Virus record (IMG/VR): IMGVR_UViG_3300043101_000273
Reading direction: 5' to 3' (one strand)
DNA from: an uncultured virus (IMG/VR IMGVR_UViG_3300043101_000273)
Taxonomy: Duplodnaviria; Heunggongvirae; Uroviricota; Caudoviricetes
Length of the DNA: 34,653 bases
Shown here: piece by piece, positions 9,645-18,895 of the stretch
Layout of the letters: each line of letters opens with the position of its first letter
Numbering within the stretch: position 1 is the stretch's first letter
Program-made: the position numbers and the translations under genes
Notes under the pieces: generated by a model
The model's database searches: none
The model's input: the letters and a program-made list of their open reading frames with translations, nothing else
Told to the model about the DNA's origin: nothing

Positions 9645-10142
9645 TCAATTTTCAATTATACATTTCGTTGCTTGAAAATTTCTATGCGTAATTTTTTTCA
9701 AAGAAGAAATAATATAATTTATATTTTCTTCATTAAAGCATAAAATCTCATTAGTAGAAAAATCTCTATTACAATTAAATTTATCAAAGATAACTTTATT
9801 TAATAAAGATAAATTTTCAATGGAGAAATTGCAAAATCTATACAAATCAAGAGTACTAGAACATTGGTTAATACAAAGAATATCATTTTTCAATGCAATC
9901 GAATGAATATCTCCTGTAATAAAAAAGTTTAACAAATGTTTCTTTATTATTTCTTCTGTATATCTGTTACTAAAAACATAAGTGGTATCTTTAAAAACTA
10001 TATTATTTTTAATATTCTTAAAAATAGCATAATTATCAGGACTATTGTAAGAATAATCTAAATGCCATTGATTAAGAGTTGTGCTATCCAAATAACTATA
10101 AAGTTGAGGTGCAAATTCATAAGTTATTTTATATGTGGTCAT
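9645..10142 (-). CDS. paralog family A protein
   Basis: AGGAGG RBS; IKKHLLNFFITG motif. Confidence 0.9.
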   Translation of the reverse strand: MTTYKITYEFAPQLYSYLDSTTLNQWHLDYSYNSPDNYAIFKNIKNNIVFKDTTYVFSNRYTEEIIKKHLLNFFITGDIHSIALKNDILCINQCSSTLDLYRFCNFSIENLSLLNKVIFDKFNCNRDFSTNEILCFNEENINYIISSLKKITHRNFQATKCIIEN

Positions 10143-10198
10143 AGTAAAATCCTCCTTGTTATAAAAGCAGTGCGTAACTTTAACGATTTATCTTTTAT

Positions 10199-10227
10199 AT
10201 TATACTACAATTTTTATATTTTGTCAA
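10199..10227 (-). promoter_or_regulatory. sigma-A promoter
   Basis: TTGACA-17 nt-TATAAT. Confidence 0.8.
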
Positions 10228-10525
10228 GAAAAAAGAAAGTATTTTTTCTTTTTTCAAATACTTCCTTAAAAACTTTTTTATCATTTACTCAATATTTAAT
10301 ATTATTTAACAAAAATTAGCCTTTATTTGTTGCTTGTAATAAATATTTTAATATTTGCGTAAATTAGAACTTATATCTTACAAAAGCACAAAATAGAACC
10401 CTCTTAGAATCGCTCAAAATAAGTTTTAAGAGGGTTTTGTTAATAATATGAAAATTACACAATAGAATGATTAAATAGCCTTAAAAATCAAAATAAGAGC
10501 AAATAGGATTATATACAAGTTTCTG

Positions 10526-11038
10526 TTATAAGTTATATTCAGAAATATAATAATTATCTGTTGCGTTCTCATATTCTTTTATTTTTTCAATTGTTTCATT
10601 TGCAATTTTAATATTTTTAAACAGCATAGTTTCATAGATAATATAATCTTTTTCTTCTTTATATTTAGAAAAAATATTATGAAGTTCTTCTAATTCATTT
10701 AAATCAAAAATTTTATCTCTATATAAATATAAAGTATCTTGATAATAAACGCTGTTTGCTACAAATCCAAGATACTGACCTAAGAAATCAAATTGAAAAG
10801 TACTATCAATTGTAAAATCTCCTGTAATAATTCTATGGAGAAATAATTGCTTTACGTCTTTAAATATTTTATTGTTATAAATTCTATATTTATGAAAAAA
10901 TATTGTCTTATCATTTAGAAATGATTGTATTTCTGTTTTATATGCTTTTTTGTTAAAAAAATCTGTATCAATATAATGAATACCATCCTTATCATTTCCA
11001 ATAAGTCCTTTATAATAAATTCCGTATAGTTTGTTCAT
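10526..11038 (-). CDS. paralog family A protein
   Basis: Start moved to ATG 11038 (MNKLYGIYY; AAAGGA RBS); family A motifs. Confidence 0.88.
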   Translation of the reverse strand: MNKLYGIYYKGLIGNDKDGIHYIDTDFFNKKAYKTEIQSFLNDKTIFFHKYRIYNNKIFKDVKQLFLHRIITGDFTIDSTFQFDFLGQYLGFVANSVYYQDTLYLYRDKIFDLNELEELHNIFSKYKEEKDYIIYETMLFKNIKIANETIEKIKEYENATDNYYISEYNL

Positions 11039-11057
11039 TAATAGTAATTCCTTTCTT

Positions 11058-11570
11058 TTAGCCAACATTGTATTCATAAATGCAATAATTATTTGACTTA
11101 GGATTGTAATTATTTAATTTCTCAATTATTTCATTTGCACTTTTGCGATATTTGAAAAATAATTTTTCAGTTGCTATATAATCTTTATCTTTTTTATATT
11201 TAGAAAAAATATTATGAAGTTTTTTTATTTCCTCTAAATTAAAAATATTATCTCTGTATAAAGAAAACGTATCTGGATAATAATTGTCAGAAGTTGTAAA
11301 AGCAAGGCATAATCCAGAAGTATCTATTTGAAAATCTCCCATAATAATTTTGTAAAAAAATTCTTTCTTTATATCTTTAAATATTTCTTCATTCCAAATT
11401 ACATAACAATAAAAAGAAAGCGATTTTTTCTTTAAAAAAGTCTGCATATCCGTTTCTGTGAAATTATTCTTTTTTAACACTTCGTTGTTAAATGAATTTG
11501 AATCAATATAAGAAACACCATCATAATAATAATGTTCCCCTTTATAATAAACCCTGTATAATTTTTTCAT
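11058..11570 (-). CDS. paralog family A protein
   Basis: Family A motifs, tandem array. Confidence 0.9.
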   Translation of the reverse strand: MKKLYRVYYKGEHYYYDGVSYIDSNSFNNEVLKKNNFTETDMQTFLKKKSLSFYCYVIWNEEIFKDIKKEFFYKIIMGDFQIDTSGLCLAFTTSDNYYPDTFSLYRDNIFNLEEIKKLHNIFSKYKKDKDYIATEKLFFKYRKSANEIIEKLNNYNPKSNNYCIYEYNVG

Positions 11571-11585
11571 TATTAGTACCTTCCC

Positions 11586-12089
11586 TTAATTTATGTTATG
11601 TTCTATTATACTATAATCAGTCCACCTAGAGTAGTAGTTCTTTAATTTTTTGATTATGTCATTCGCACTTTTTCTAGTTGTAAAGAATAATTCTTCTTCG
11701 AAATCATAATCATAGTCTTCTGTATATTTAGAAAAAATATTATGAAGTTTTTTTATTTCATTTAAATTGAAAATTTTATCTCTATATAAAGAAAAACTAT
11801 CCTTGTAATAAACTTCCTTAGCAAAAAAAATAGAACGTTCGCTAAAAGAAGTTATTTTGAAATCACCCATAATAATTCTATGGAAAAATTCTTTCTTTAT
11901 ATCTTCAAAAATTTGTTCATTGTAAACTTTATAACGATAAAAAGTCTTAGAATTTTTCTTTAAAAAAGATTGTATGTACGTTTGAGTAATATTATTTTTG
12001 CTTAAGAATTTATCATCAAAGAAATCTGAGTCAATATAATAAAACAAACTATTACAATAAATCCTATACATTTTTTTCAAAAATAACAC
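11586..12089 (-). CDS. paralog family A protein
   Basis: Family A motifs; true start probably a few codons downstream. Confidence 0.88.
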   Translation of the reverse strand: MLFLKKMYRIYCNSLFYYIDSDFFDDKFLSKNNITQTYIQSFLKKNSKTFYRYKVYNEQIFEDIKKEFFHRIIMGDFKITSFSERSIFFAKEVYYKDSFSLYRDKIFNLNEIKKLHNIFSKYTEDYDYDFEEELFFTTRKSANDIIKKLKNYYSRWTDYSIIEHNIN

Positions 12090-12096
12090 CTTCTAT

Positions 12097-12609
12097 CTAT
12101 GCAATTATAGTATAATAATAAACTCCCTGATGTGGGTAATTTTTTATTCGTTCCATTACCTTATTCGCAAAATTGTGATTTTTAAATAACAAATATTCAT
12201 ATTTGTAATAATCCTTTCCTTCCTTATAGTTAGAAAAAATACTGTGAAGTTTTTTTATTTCAGTTAGATTAAGGATTTTATGTTTATATAACAAAAAAGT
12301 ATTTGGGTATTGATAATCCTTTGTTATAAAGCAAAGCTTTGTTTTCGGTTCAAAGGGTTGTATTAAAAAATCACCTGCAAGTATTCTATGAAGAAATAAT
12401 TTCTTTACATCAGAGAATATTTTTTCATTAAGGATATCATAGTTATAAAAAAAATAAATATTCTTTTTATCCAAAAAAGATTGTATTTCTGGTTTTGTAA
12501 GATTGTTCTTTTTTAACAGTTCACTATTATTAAGAAAATTTGAATTTACGTAATTAACATAACTTCTTCTTTGTGAAAAATCCCGATAACAAATTCTGTA
12601 TAGATTCAT
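12097..12609 (-). CDS. paralog family A protein
   Basis: Start moved to ATG 12609 (GAGGTG RBS); family A motifs. Confidence 0.88.
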   Translation of the reverse strand: MNLYRICYRDFSQRRSYVNYVNSNFLNNSELLKKNNLTKPEIQSFLDKKNIYFFYNYDILNEKIFSDVKKLFLHRILAGDFLIQPFEPKTKLCFITKDYQYPNTFLLYKHKILNLTEIKKLHSIFSNYKEGKDYYKYEYLLFKNHNFANKVMERIKNYPHQGVYYYTIIA

Positions 12610-12639
12610 TTGCAGCTCACCTCTTTTTTGCATAGAAAT

Positions 12640-12668
12640 ATTATATCATAAATTTTATTTTTTGTCAA
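12640..12668 (-). promoter_or_regulatory. sigma-A promoter with extended -10
   Basis: TTGACA-17 nt-TGaTATAAT. Confidence 0.8.
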
Positions 12669-12673
12669 GAAAA

Positions 12674-12698
12674 ACAGAGAGGTAGCATCCCTCTCTGT
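12674..12698 (-). terminator. intrinsic terminator
   Basis: ACAGAGAGG/CCTCTCTGT stem after 12706..13236. Confidence 0.7.
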
Positions 12699-12705
12699 CA
12701 TATTT

Positions 12706-13236
12706 TTAAGCAAAATTTAAAATGTAATAATAATTATTTGAATTTGAATAAGGATAATTTATTATTTTTGTTACTACATCTTTTGCATATTTATATTTTT
12801 TAAAGTATAAACATTCAGCTGTAGCATAATCTTTTTCTTCTACATAATTAGAAAAAATATCATGGAATTTTTTAATTTCTCGTAATGTAAGAAATTTATT
12901 TTCATACAAATAAGCAGTTGAAGAATTAAGAAAAACCTTTTCATTATGAGTGAAATAAAGACGATTTTTTATTAAAACCGCTTTTACTTCTCCTGTAATA
13001 GTTCTATAAAAAAGAAATTTCTTAACTTCTTTAAATAATTCTTCATTGAAAATTGCGTATCTATAAAAAAACATTATATTCTTTTTATCCAAAAGGGATT
13101 GAATGTCACTTTCTTTTAGATTGTTTTTTCTTAATAATTCTTTATTATTAAGATATTTCGTATCAACTTGAAAAACTGTTTCTAATTTTTCTGATGATTT
13201 ACAATCATTATAGCATATTTTATATAATGGTGTCAT
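12706..13236 (-). CDS. paralog family A protein
   Basis: GAGGAGG RBS; family A motifs. Confidence 0.9.
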   Translation of the reverse strand: MTPLYKICYNDCKSSEKLETVFQVDTKYLNNKELLRKNNLKESDIQSLLDKKNIMFFYRYAIFNEELFKEVKKFLFYRTITGEVKAVLIKNRLYFTHNEKVFLNSSTAYLYENKFLTLREIKKFHDIFSNYVEEKDYATAECLYFKKYKYAKDVVTKIINYPYSNSNNYYYILNFA

Positions 13237-13264
13237 TTTTATCCTCCTCTTTGATGATATATTT

Positions 13265-13759
13265 TTAACACTTATAAAATAAACTTAAAAAATACCCAAT
13301 CGTTTCATACACATCAAAAAATGGATATATTTTTTTATACATTTCACTAATTGTCGCTATATCATTAGAATCTTTAAACAGTGGATAAGTTTTTTTGTTG
13401 TAATCTATATCCTCTTTAAATTTTGTTTCAATATGATTTTGTATATCTTTTAATTCTCTTAAAGTTATTACATCTTCCATATATGCTCCACGTAATCCTA
13501 ATCCATTTATTAAAAGTTGATTATTATCAATACTAAATTTTAAATTCCTACCCGTAAGAACTTCGTGTAAAAACATTTTCTTTAAAGATTTTGTAATTTC
13601 AAAATTTTTAATGATGTACACATTTGAATAAATAATATTTTTTTTAGGAATAGTGTTGATTTGTTTTTGAATATCTTTATAATCTAAAAGATTTTGAAGT
13701 GGAATTAATGTATTATTACGGTCATATTCTTTTAAAACATAATATTTTCGCTTATCCAT
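13265..13759 (-). CDS. paralog family A protein (divergent)
   Basis: AAGGAG RBS; LKKMFLHEVLTG..ITLRELKDI..DY..LF. Confidence 0.82.
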   Translation of the reverse strand: MDKRKYYVLKEYDRNNTLIPLQNLLDYKDIQKQINTIPKKNIIYSNVYIIKNFEITKSLKKMFLHEVLTGRNLKFSIDNNQLLINGLGLRGAYMEDVITLRELKDIQNHIETKFKEDIDYNKKTYPLFKDSNDIATISEMYKKIYPFFDVYETIGYFLSLFYKC

Positions 13760-13795
13760 AATAAATCTCCTTTCAACAAAACTATTTATAAAAAC

Positions 13796-13824
13796 ATAAT
13801 ACTATATTTTTTATTGTTTGTCAA
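13796..13824 (-). promoter_or_regulatory. sigma-A promoter
   Basis: TTGACA-17 nt-TATTAT. Confidence 0.7.
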
Positions 13825-13838
13825 TATTGGTTGATAAA

Positions 13839-13865
13839 AAATAGGGAGAATAAACTCCCTATTTA
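13839..13865 (-). terminator. intrinsic terminator
   Basis: AAATAGGGAG/CTCCCTATTT stem. Confidence 0.75.
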
Positions 13866-13871
13866 AATTTT

Positions 13872-15152
13872 TTAAACTGCTTGTAATGTTCTTTCTGCAA
13901 AGTTTTTATTTATTTCTTTTACAATCAAATCCACATTGTCACTATGACAGTGAATCCATTTACAATTGTTAGGCTTTGCTACATTCTTTATTTTTTCATA
14001 CAAAGCGTGTGAAATAAAGTTTGTTAAAAATACAATACCGTCAAATTTTTTTATATAATTTGCAGAACACATAGTAGAACAGCTAGTAATACCATCTGAA
14101 TTTTTGTAAAGGTTTTTTAACTTTTTTACAGTTGAAGTATGTCCACCAATAAACAAGAGTTTCTTATCTGTATCAATACTCTCTATTTCAACTTCTTTTA
14201 TTTCTTCATTTGTTACTTCTATAACTTCTTCTTTTGGAGCTTTTTGGATTTTAGAATTAACTGTTTCAATATTTTTTATTGAAGAAACTTGATGTTCTTT
14301 CTTTAATAATTCTTTATCCTTTTTATTTATTGTTTTTTGTAATTCATTATTTTTTTCTTCCAAAGCTTTAATCTTATTAAGCAATCTTTCTGTTTCACTT
14401 TGTTTTGTTTCAATTTGTTGCTTAAGTTTTTTATTTTCTTCAACCATTTTGCTGTTTGCTTTTTCAAGATTGTTTATATCTGTTTGTGTGAATATATTGC
14501 TATTGTTTTCATCATTAAATGTTAATGATACATTGTTTGCAATTATGTAACATATGTTTAATAGCAAATTAAATTCTCTTGTTTTTCCAAAAGAAAATTT
14601 TTTGGTTAAGAAATCAGCTTTACTCAACATTTTAGGATTATTTATTATTTCACTATATAATGCAAAGCATACTAAATCCTCTATTTGTGAATAAACCTTT
14701 GAAGTAAAAGAACGCTCAAATAATTTTAGTCCATAGTCTTCTTTAAAATTGGATTCTTTTTTTGGAAGTATTTTGTCTACCATATTTTTTATATCTGGCA
14801 AACTTTTTAAAAATTCCATAGGGAATCCTTTTGTTTCTTTAAAAATAAAATCATAAAACGTAATACTGTAAAAAACTAAGTGTGTGACATTTTGTAAAAA
14901 ACAATTTGCAATGTTTGAAATATCATCTTCACAAGGTTTTTCTAATAACTCTGTAATAGATTTAGGAAATCCCATTCTATTTACAAGTACATTGTTTAAT
15001 CTAAAATATGTATTTCTTAAAAATTTTTCTCCTATTTTACTAGTTTTAAACTCCTTTGACATAACCATAACCGCCAAATCTTTTTTCTTTTTGTTAAAAT
15101 CAGCATTTTCAAGTTCATTCATAAAATTTTCATAGTTTTCTACTATAATCAT
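13872..15152 (-). CDS. coiled-coil protein with C-terminal DUF2325-like domain
   Basis: C-terminal LLFIGGH...DGIVFLTNFISHALYEKIK pattern typical of DUF2325; E/K-rich heptad segment before it. Confidence 0.75.
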   Translation of the reverse strand: MIIVENYENFMNELENADFNKKKKDLAVMVMSKEFKTSKIGEKFLRNTYFRLNNVLVNRMGFPKSITELLEKPCEDDISNIANCFLQNVTHLVFYSITFYDFIFKETKGFPMEFLKSLPDIKNMVDKILPKKESNFKEDYGLKLFERSFTSKVYSQIEDLVCFALYSEIINNPKMLSKADFLTKKFSFGKTREFNLLLNICYIIANNVSLTFNDENNSNIFTQTDINNLEKANSKMVEENKKLKQQIETKQSETERLLNKIKALEEKNNELQKTINKKDKELLKKEHQVSSIKNIETVNSKIQKAPKEEVIEVTNEEIKEVEIESIDTDKKLLFIGGHTSTVKKLKNLYKNSDGITSCSTMCSANYIKKFDGIVFLTNFISHALYEKIKNVAKPNNCKWIHCHSDNVDLIVKEINKNFAERTLQAV

Positions 15153-15184
15153 AAGTACTACCTCCTTTTATTTTTTATAGTTAT

Positions 15185-15213
15185 ATTATACTACATTTTT
15201 TATGTTTTGTCAA
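15185..15213 (-). promoter_or_regulatory. sigma-A promoter, 32-bp identical to the one at 15817
   Basis: TTGACA-17 nt-TATAAT; TATTATACTACATTTTTTATGTTTTGTCAATA occurs twice. Confidence 0.85.
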
Positions 15214-15224
15214 TAGTTTTTTTG

Positions 15225-15256
15225 AAAAAAGAGTATGTTTTTTACATACTCTTTTT
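15225..15256 (-). terminator. intrinsic terminator
   Basis: AAAAAGAGTATGT/ACATACTCTTTTT. Confidence 0.75.
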
Positions 15257-15258
15257 AA

Positions 15259-15783
15259 TTAATCCCAAATTTTATAGTCACAAACATTCATACGAAAAAC
15301 ATAATTAGAGGATTCTTCTATTTTCCTTGCCAAATTAACAGCAAATCTATATTTTTTAAAATATAATTCTTCAAATATAATGTAATCTTTATTTTTTTCA
15401 TATTTAGAGAAAATCTTATGAAGTTCTTCTAATTCCTTTAAATTAAAAATCTTATCTCTATATAAAGAAAAAGTACTATTGTAACAAAATGAGTTTTTAA
15501 TAATAGAAAAGCTACTATCAAACATAGGTATTGTTATTTCTCCCATAATAATTTTGTGAAAAAACAATTTTTTAATGTCTTTATAAATTTCCTTATTAAG
15601 AATTGTATAATGGTAAAATGATATTGCATTTTTTTTACTCATAATATCTTCAATATAAGATTTTTCCAAGTTACTCTTATTAAAAAAATTTTCATCATTA
15701 AGATGTTTTGAATTGACAAAATGTAATCCGTTAGATTTATCAGTATCAACATCATAAAAGAAAATTCTATATAGTGTCTTCAT
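15259..15783 (-). CDS. paralog family A protein
   Basis: AAGGAGG RBS; family A motifs. Confidence 0.9.
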   Translation of the reverse strand: MKTLYRIFFYDVDTDKSNGLHFVNSKHLNDENFFNKSNLEKSYIEDIMSKKNAISFYHYTILNKEIYKDIKKLFFHKIIMGEITIPMFDSSFSIIKNSFCYNSTFSLYRDKIFNLKELEELHKIFSKYEKNKDYIIFEELYFKKYRFAVNLARKIEESSNYVFRMNVCDYKIWD

Positions 15784-15816
15784 ATCTATGCCTCCTTATA
15801 TAATGTGTTTGGTTGT

Positions 15817-15845
15817 ATTATACTACATTTTTTATGTTTTGTCAA
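15817..15845 (-). promoter_or_regulatory. sigma-A promoter
   Basis: TTGACA-17 nt-TATAAT. Confidence 0.85.
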
Positions 15846-15888
15846 TATTTTTATTGTTTTTATAACAAGTAATAGTTATAAAAAAGCA

Positions 15889-15917
15889 TTGACAATAATT
15901 ATATAATGTGTTATAAT
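15889..15917 (+). promoter_or_regulatory. sigma-A promoter with extended -10
   Basis: TTGACA-17 nt-TGtTATAAT. Confidence 0.85.
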
Positions 15918-15949
15918 TTTATAAAAAATATACAAAAAGGAGCAAGAAT

Positions 15950-16681
15950 ATGAAGGCAAGTATATTGAATAATAACTCTGAATATTTTATCAATTTACCT
16001 TATCCTGATGATTGTCATACGTTTAAAGAAGCAGTGAAAAAAATACATAATATTGCTGATTTTGATGAAAATAGCATTGAATTAATTAGCGATGGGAGTG
16101 GATTTGAAACTGCTGTTTATAATTATTATGAAGTTTTCAAAGATTATAGTATTGACGATTTAAATGCAGGACTTAGCTATTATTATCGTTATATTTATAA
16201 TAATAACGCATTAAGAGAAGTTTTTGTTAAGGCATTTATTGAGTGTGGCGGTTGCAATTTACTTAGTCTTGCTACGGATATTTTAGATTGTAATTTAGAA
16301 GATTTATTTATTATAAAAGAAGCAATTTCACTTGCGATTATGGAAGATAATTGTTTAAATTTTGCCATTTCTGTTTGTGCAGAAGAAGGGTATACAATAT
16401 ATCCGAGCAGAAAAGCTGCTATTGAAGGTATTTTGTCAAAGAACAATTACAAGGACGAGGAATATTTGTATTTCAATAAAGAAGAAGTTAATTATATTTT
16501 AAAAGATAAAGATATCAACAATATAAATGATTATCGTAAGGTTTTCGATAATATGTTGAATGTTTGTGATTCAAATAATTGCAATCGCACTCTTTTAGCA
16601 ACTAATGCCGATAACGTTGTTTTCTTTTGTTATAAGCTTTTTCAAATCCTTGATGATTATGATTATGAATTGGAAAAGTAA
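15950..16681 (+). CDS. family B protein, ArdA-like copy 2
   Basis: AAGGAG RBS; FINLPYP..YSIDDLN..YTIYPS..DYRK..LLAT..VVF. Confidence 0.6.
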   Translation: MKASILNNNSEYFINLPYPDDCHTFKEAVKKIHNIADFDENSIELISDGSGFETAVYNYYEVFKDYSIDDLNAGLSYYYRYIYNNNALREVFVKAFIECGGCNLLSLATDILDCNLEDLFIIKEAISLAIMEDNCLNFAISVCAEEGYTIYPSRKAAIEGILSKNNYKDEEYLYFNKEEVNYILKDKDINNINDYRKVFDNMLNVCDSNNCNRTLLATNADNVVFFCYKLFQILDDYDYELEK

Positions 16682-16785
16682 TTCACTGAAATATTTTTAA
16701 AAATGATTTTTTGGAGAGTTTACAAAACTCTCCTATTTTTTTATACAAAATATATATCTAAATTTTTTGAAAGGAAGTATATATT

Positions 16786-17802
16786 TTGTCAGATAAAAAA
16801 CTAAAAGTCATAGAACTTTTTGCAGGTGCAGGTGGACTTGCATTAGGTATTGAAAAAGCAGGATTTGAAACAATTGCATTAATAGAAATAGATAAAGATG
16901 CTGCTAATACATTAAAACATAATCGTCCAAATTGGAATGTTATAAATGAAGATATTTCAAAAATATCTTGTTTGAATTTAAAAGAATATTTTAATTTAAA
17001 AAAAGGTGAATTAGATTTATTATCAGGCGGTGCTCCTTGCCAGAGTTTTTCTTATGCTGGTAAAAAACTTGGATTGGAAGATGCAAGAGGAACTTTATTT
17101 TATCATTATGCTAAATTTTTAGTGCAACTTCAACCTAAAATGTTTATATTTGAGAATGTTAAGGGACTTCTTTCACACGATAAAGGTAGAACATATAAGT
17201 TGATTTTAGACATTTTTGAGAAAACGGGATATGAAATACAAAAAGAAGTTTTAAATGCTTGGGATTATGGAGTGGCACAAAAAAGAGAAAGATTAATAAC
17301 AATAGGTATAAGAAAAGACCTTAAAGAAAATATAAAATTTAATTTTCCTACACCTCATGAGTATAAACCTGTTTTAAGAGATATTCTATTAGATTGTCCT
17401 AAAAGTGCAGGTTCTCCTTACTCTGAATACAAGCGTAAAATATTTGAACTTGTTCCACCTGGTGGATATTGGAAAGATATTCCAGAAGAAGTGGCGAAAG
17501 AATATATGAAAAGTTGTTGGAATATGTCAGGTGGCAGAACAGGTATTTTGCGTAGATTAAGTCTTGATGAACCATCTTTAACAGTACTTACTTCGCCAAG
17601 TCAAAAACAAACAGATAGGTGTCATCCATTAGAAGCAAGACCTTTTACTATTAGAGAAAACGCAAGGTGTCAAAGTTTTCCTGATGAATGGCAATTTTGT
17701 GGGAGTATTGCTCATCAATATAAACAAGTAGGTAATGCTGTTCCAGTAAATTTAGCGTATGAAATAGCTGTAAAAATAAAAGAGGCTTTACAAACAATAT
17801 AA
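16786..17802 (+). CDS. orphan DNA (cytosine-5) methyltransferase, Sau96I/Eco47II-like (GGNCC predicted)
   Basis: Motifs FAGAGG, GAPCQSFS, ENV, QKRERL, RENARCQSFP, YKQVGNAV; target-recognition region SPSQKQTDRCHP resembles GGNCC-specific enzymes (specificity is inference). Confidence 0.93.
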   Translation: MSDKKLKVIELFAGAGGLALGIEKAGFETIALIEIDKDAANTLKHNRPNWNVINEDISKISCLNLKEYFNLKKGELDLLSGGAPCQSFSYAGKKLGLEDARGTLFYHYAKFLVQLQPKMFIFENVKGLLSHDKGRTYKLILDIFEKTGYEIQKEVLNAWDYGVAQKRERLITIGIRKDLKENIKFNFPTPHEYKPVLRDILLDCPKSAGSPYSEYKRKIFELVPPGGYWKDIPEEVAKEYMKSCWNMSGGRTGILRRLSLDEPSLTVLTSPSQKQTDRCHPLEARPFTIRENARCQSFPDEWQFCGSIAHQYKQVGNAVPVNLAYEIAVKIKEALQTI

Positions 17803-17827
17803 ATTAAAATAATAAAGGAGAATAATT

Positions 17828-18514
17828 ATGCAGGTAAAAATTGTAGATAACGAGAAAGAATATATAATACCATTACCTTATTCTAAAGAATATAAAGATA
17901 TAAAAACTCTTATGAAAGAGCTACATAATGTTGAAAATATAAAAGATATGTCTATAATTATAAATGAATACTTACCGTTTGAAAGAGCAATGCTTAACTT
18001 CTATAACAAAAAAGAAGATTATACTATTGATATTTTAAATGAAGGTTTAACTTTTTATTATGAAAATATTTACTTATCTGCTTTTTTAAGAGAATTGTGT
18101 ACACAAGCTGTTAGTGAAATTGATGGTGGCGATTTACTTCAAATATGTAAAGATATATTAAAATGTGATTTAATAAATCCTCAGAAAATGCAAGACTTTT
18201 TCATAATAAAACAAGCACTGGGTAAAAAAGATTATTTACTTTCCACTATATATTATTGTTCTAGCGAGAAATACATTATATACAATAACACAGAAGAAGC
18301 TGTAAAAACACTTCTAAAGAATAGCAAAGAATGTAATATTTTTACGGATGAACAGATAAACTACATTTTAAATGGAGTTGCTATTGAGGAAATTACAGAT
18401 TATTATGTAATTCTTAAAAGAATGATGGAAGTTACAATAAAGAACAAGATAGAACTTGCCATCATTCCAACTATGGGTGATGTTATTGTTGTGTTGCATA
18501 TTGAGAATGTTTAA
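17828..18514 (+). CDS. family B protein, ArdA-like copy 3
   Basis: AAGGAG RBS; YIIPLPY..YTIDILN..YIIYNNTEEA..DYY..KR..IIPT..VIV. Confidence 0.6.
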   Translation: MQVKIVDNEKEYIIPLPYSKEYKDIKTLMKELHNVENIKDMSIIINEYLPFERAMLNFYNKKEDYTIDILNEGLTFYYENIYLSAFLRELCTQAVSEIDGGDLLQICKDILKCDLINPQKMQDFFIIKQALGKKDYLLSTIYYCSSEKYIIYNNTEEAVKTLLKNSKECNIFTDEQINYILNGVAIEEITDYYVILKRMMEVTIKNKIELAIIPTMGDVIVVLHIENV

Positions 18515-18553
18515 TATCAAATGAGAAAGAGTATATTTTTATACTCTTTTTTA

Positions 18554-18582
18554 TTGACAAAAAATAAAAATTATGGTATAAT
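18554..18582 (+). promoter_or_regulatory. sigma-A promoter
   Basis: TTGACA-17 nt-TATAAT, directly after terminator AAAGAGTAT/ATACTCTTT (~18526-18552). Confidence 0.85.
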
Positions 18583-18616
18583 TTGAATTACAAAATATTA
18601 GAAAGAAGGCGAAAAT

Positions 18617-18895
18617 ATGAAAGTGGTAATTTGTGATAAAACAAAAATTATTTCATTTGCGGTCATATCCTTTGCGTTAAAAAATAATTTATTAGATAAA
18701 TATATGGGAATAGCTATTTTTGATTTGATTACTTTTAATAACGAATTTCTTGATGTTGAAGCAATATCAGAATCTATAATTGAAGAAAATGCAAATTTAG
18801 ACTGGTGGAATATTATAAACGATGAGTTTTCTCAAATATTAGACAATTTTTACATTATAGGTGATAAGTTTGTTAAAATAGGAGGGATAAGATGA
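18617..18895 (+). CDS. hypothetical protein (92 aa)
   Basis: GAAGG RBS, ATGA overlap with next gene. Confidence 0.8.
   Translation: MKVVICDKTKIISFAVISFALKNNLLDKYMGIAIFDLITFNNEFLDVEAISESIIEENANLDWWNIINDEFSQILDNFYIIGDKFVKIGGIR

Noticed and set aside
10526..13759. Diversity-generating retroelement or CRISPR array as the source of the repeats
   Set aside because: No reverse transcriptase, no near-identical TR/VR pair with adenine-specific differences, and no regular repeat-spacer array
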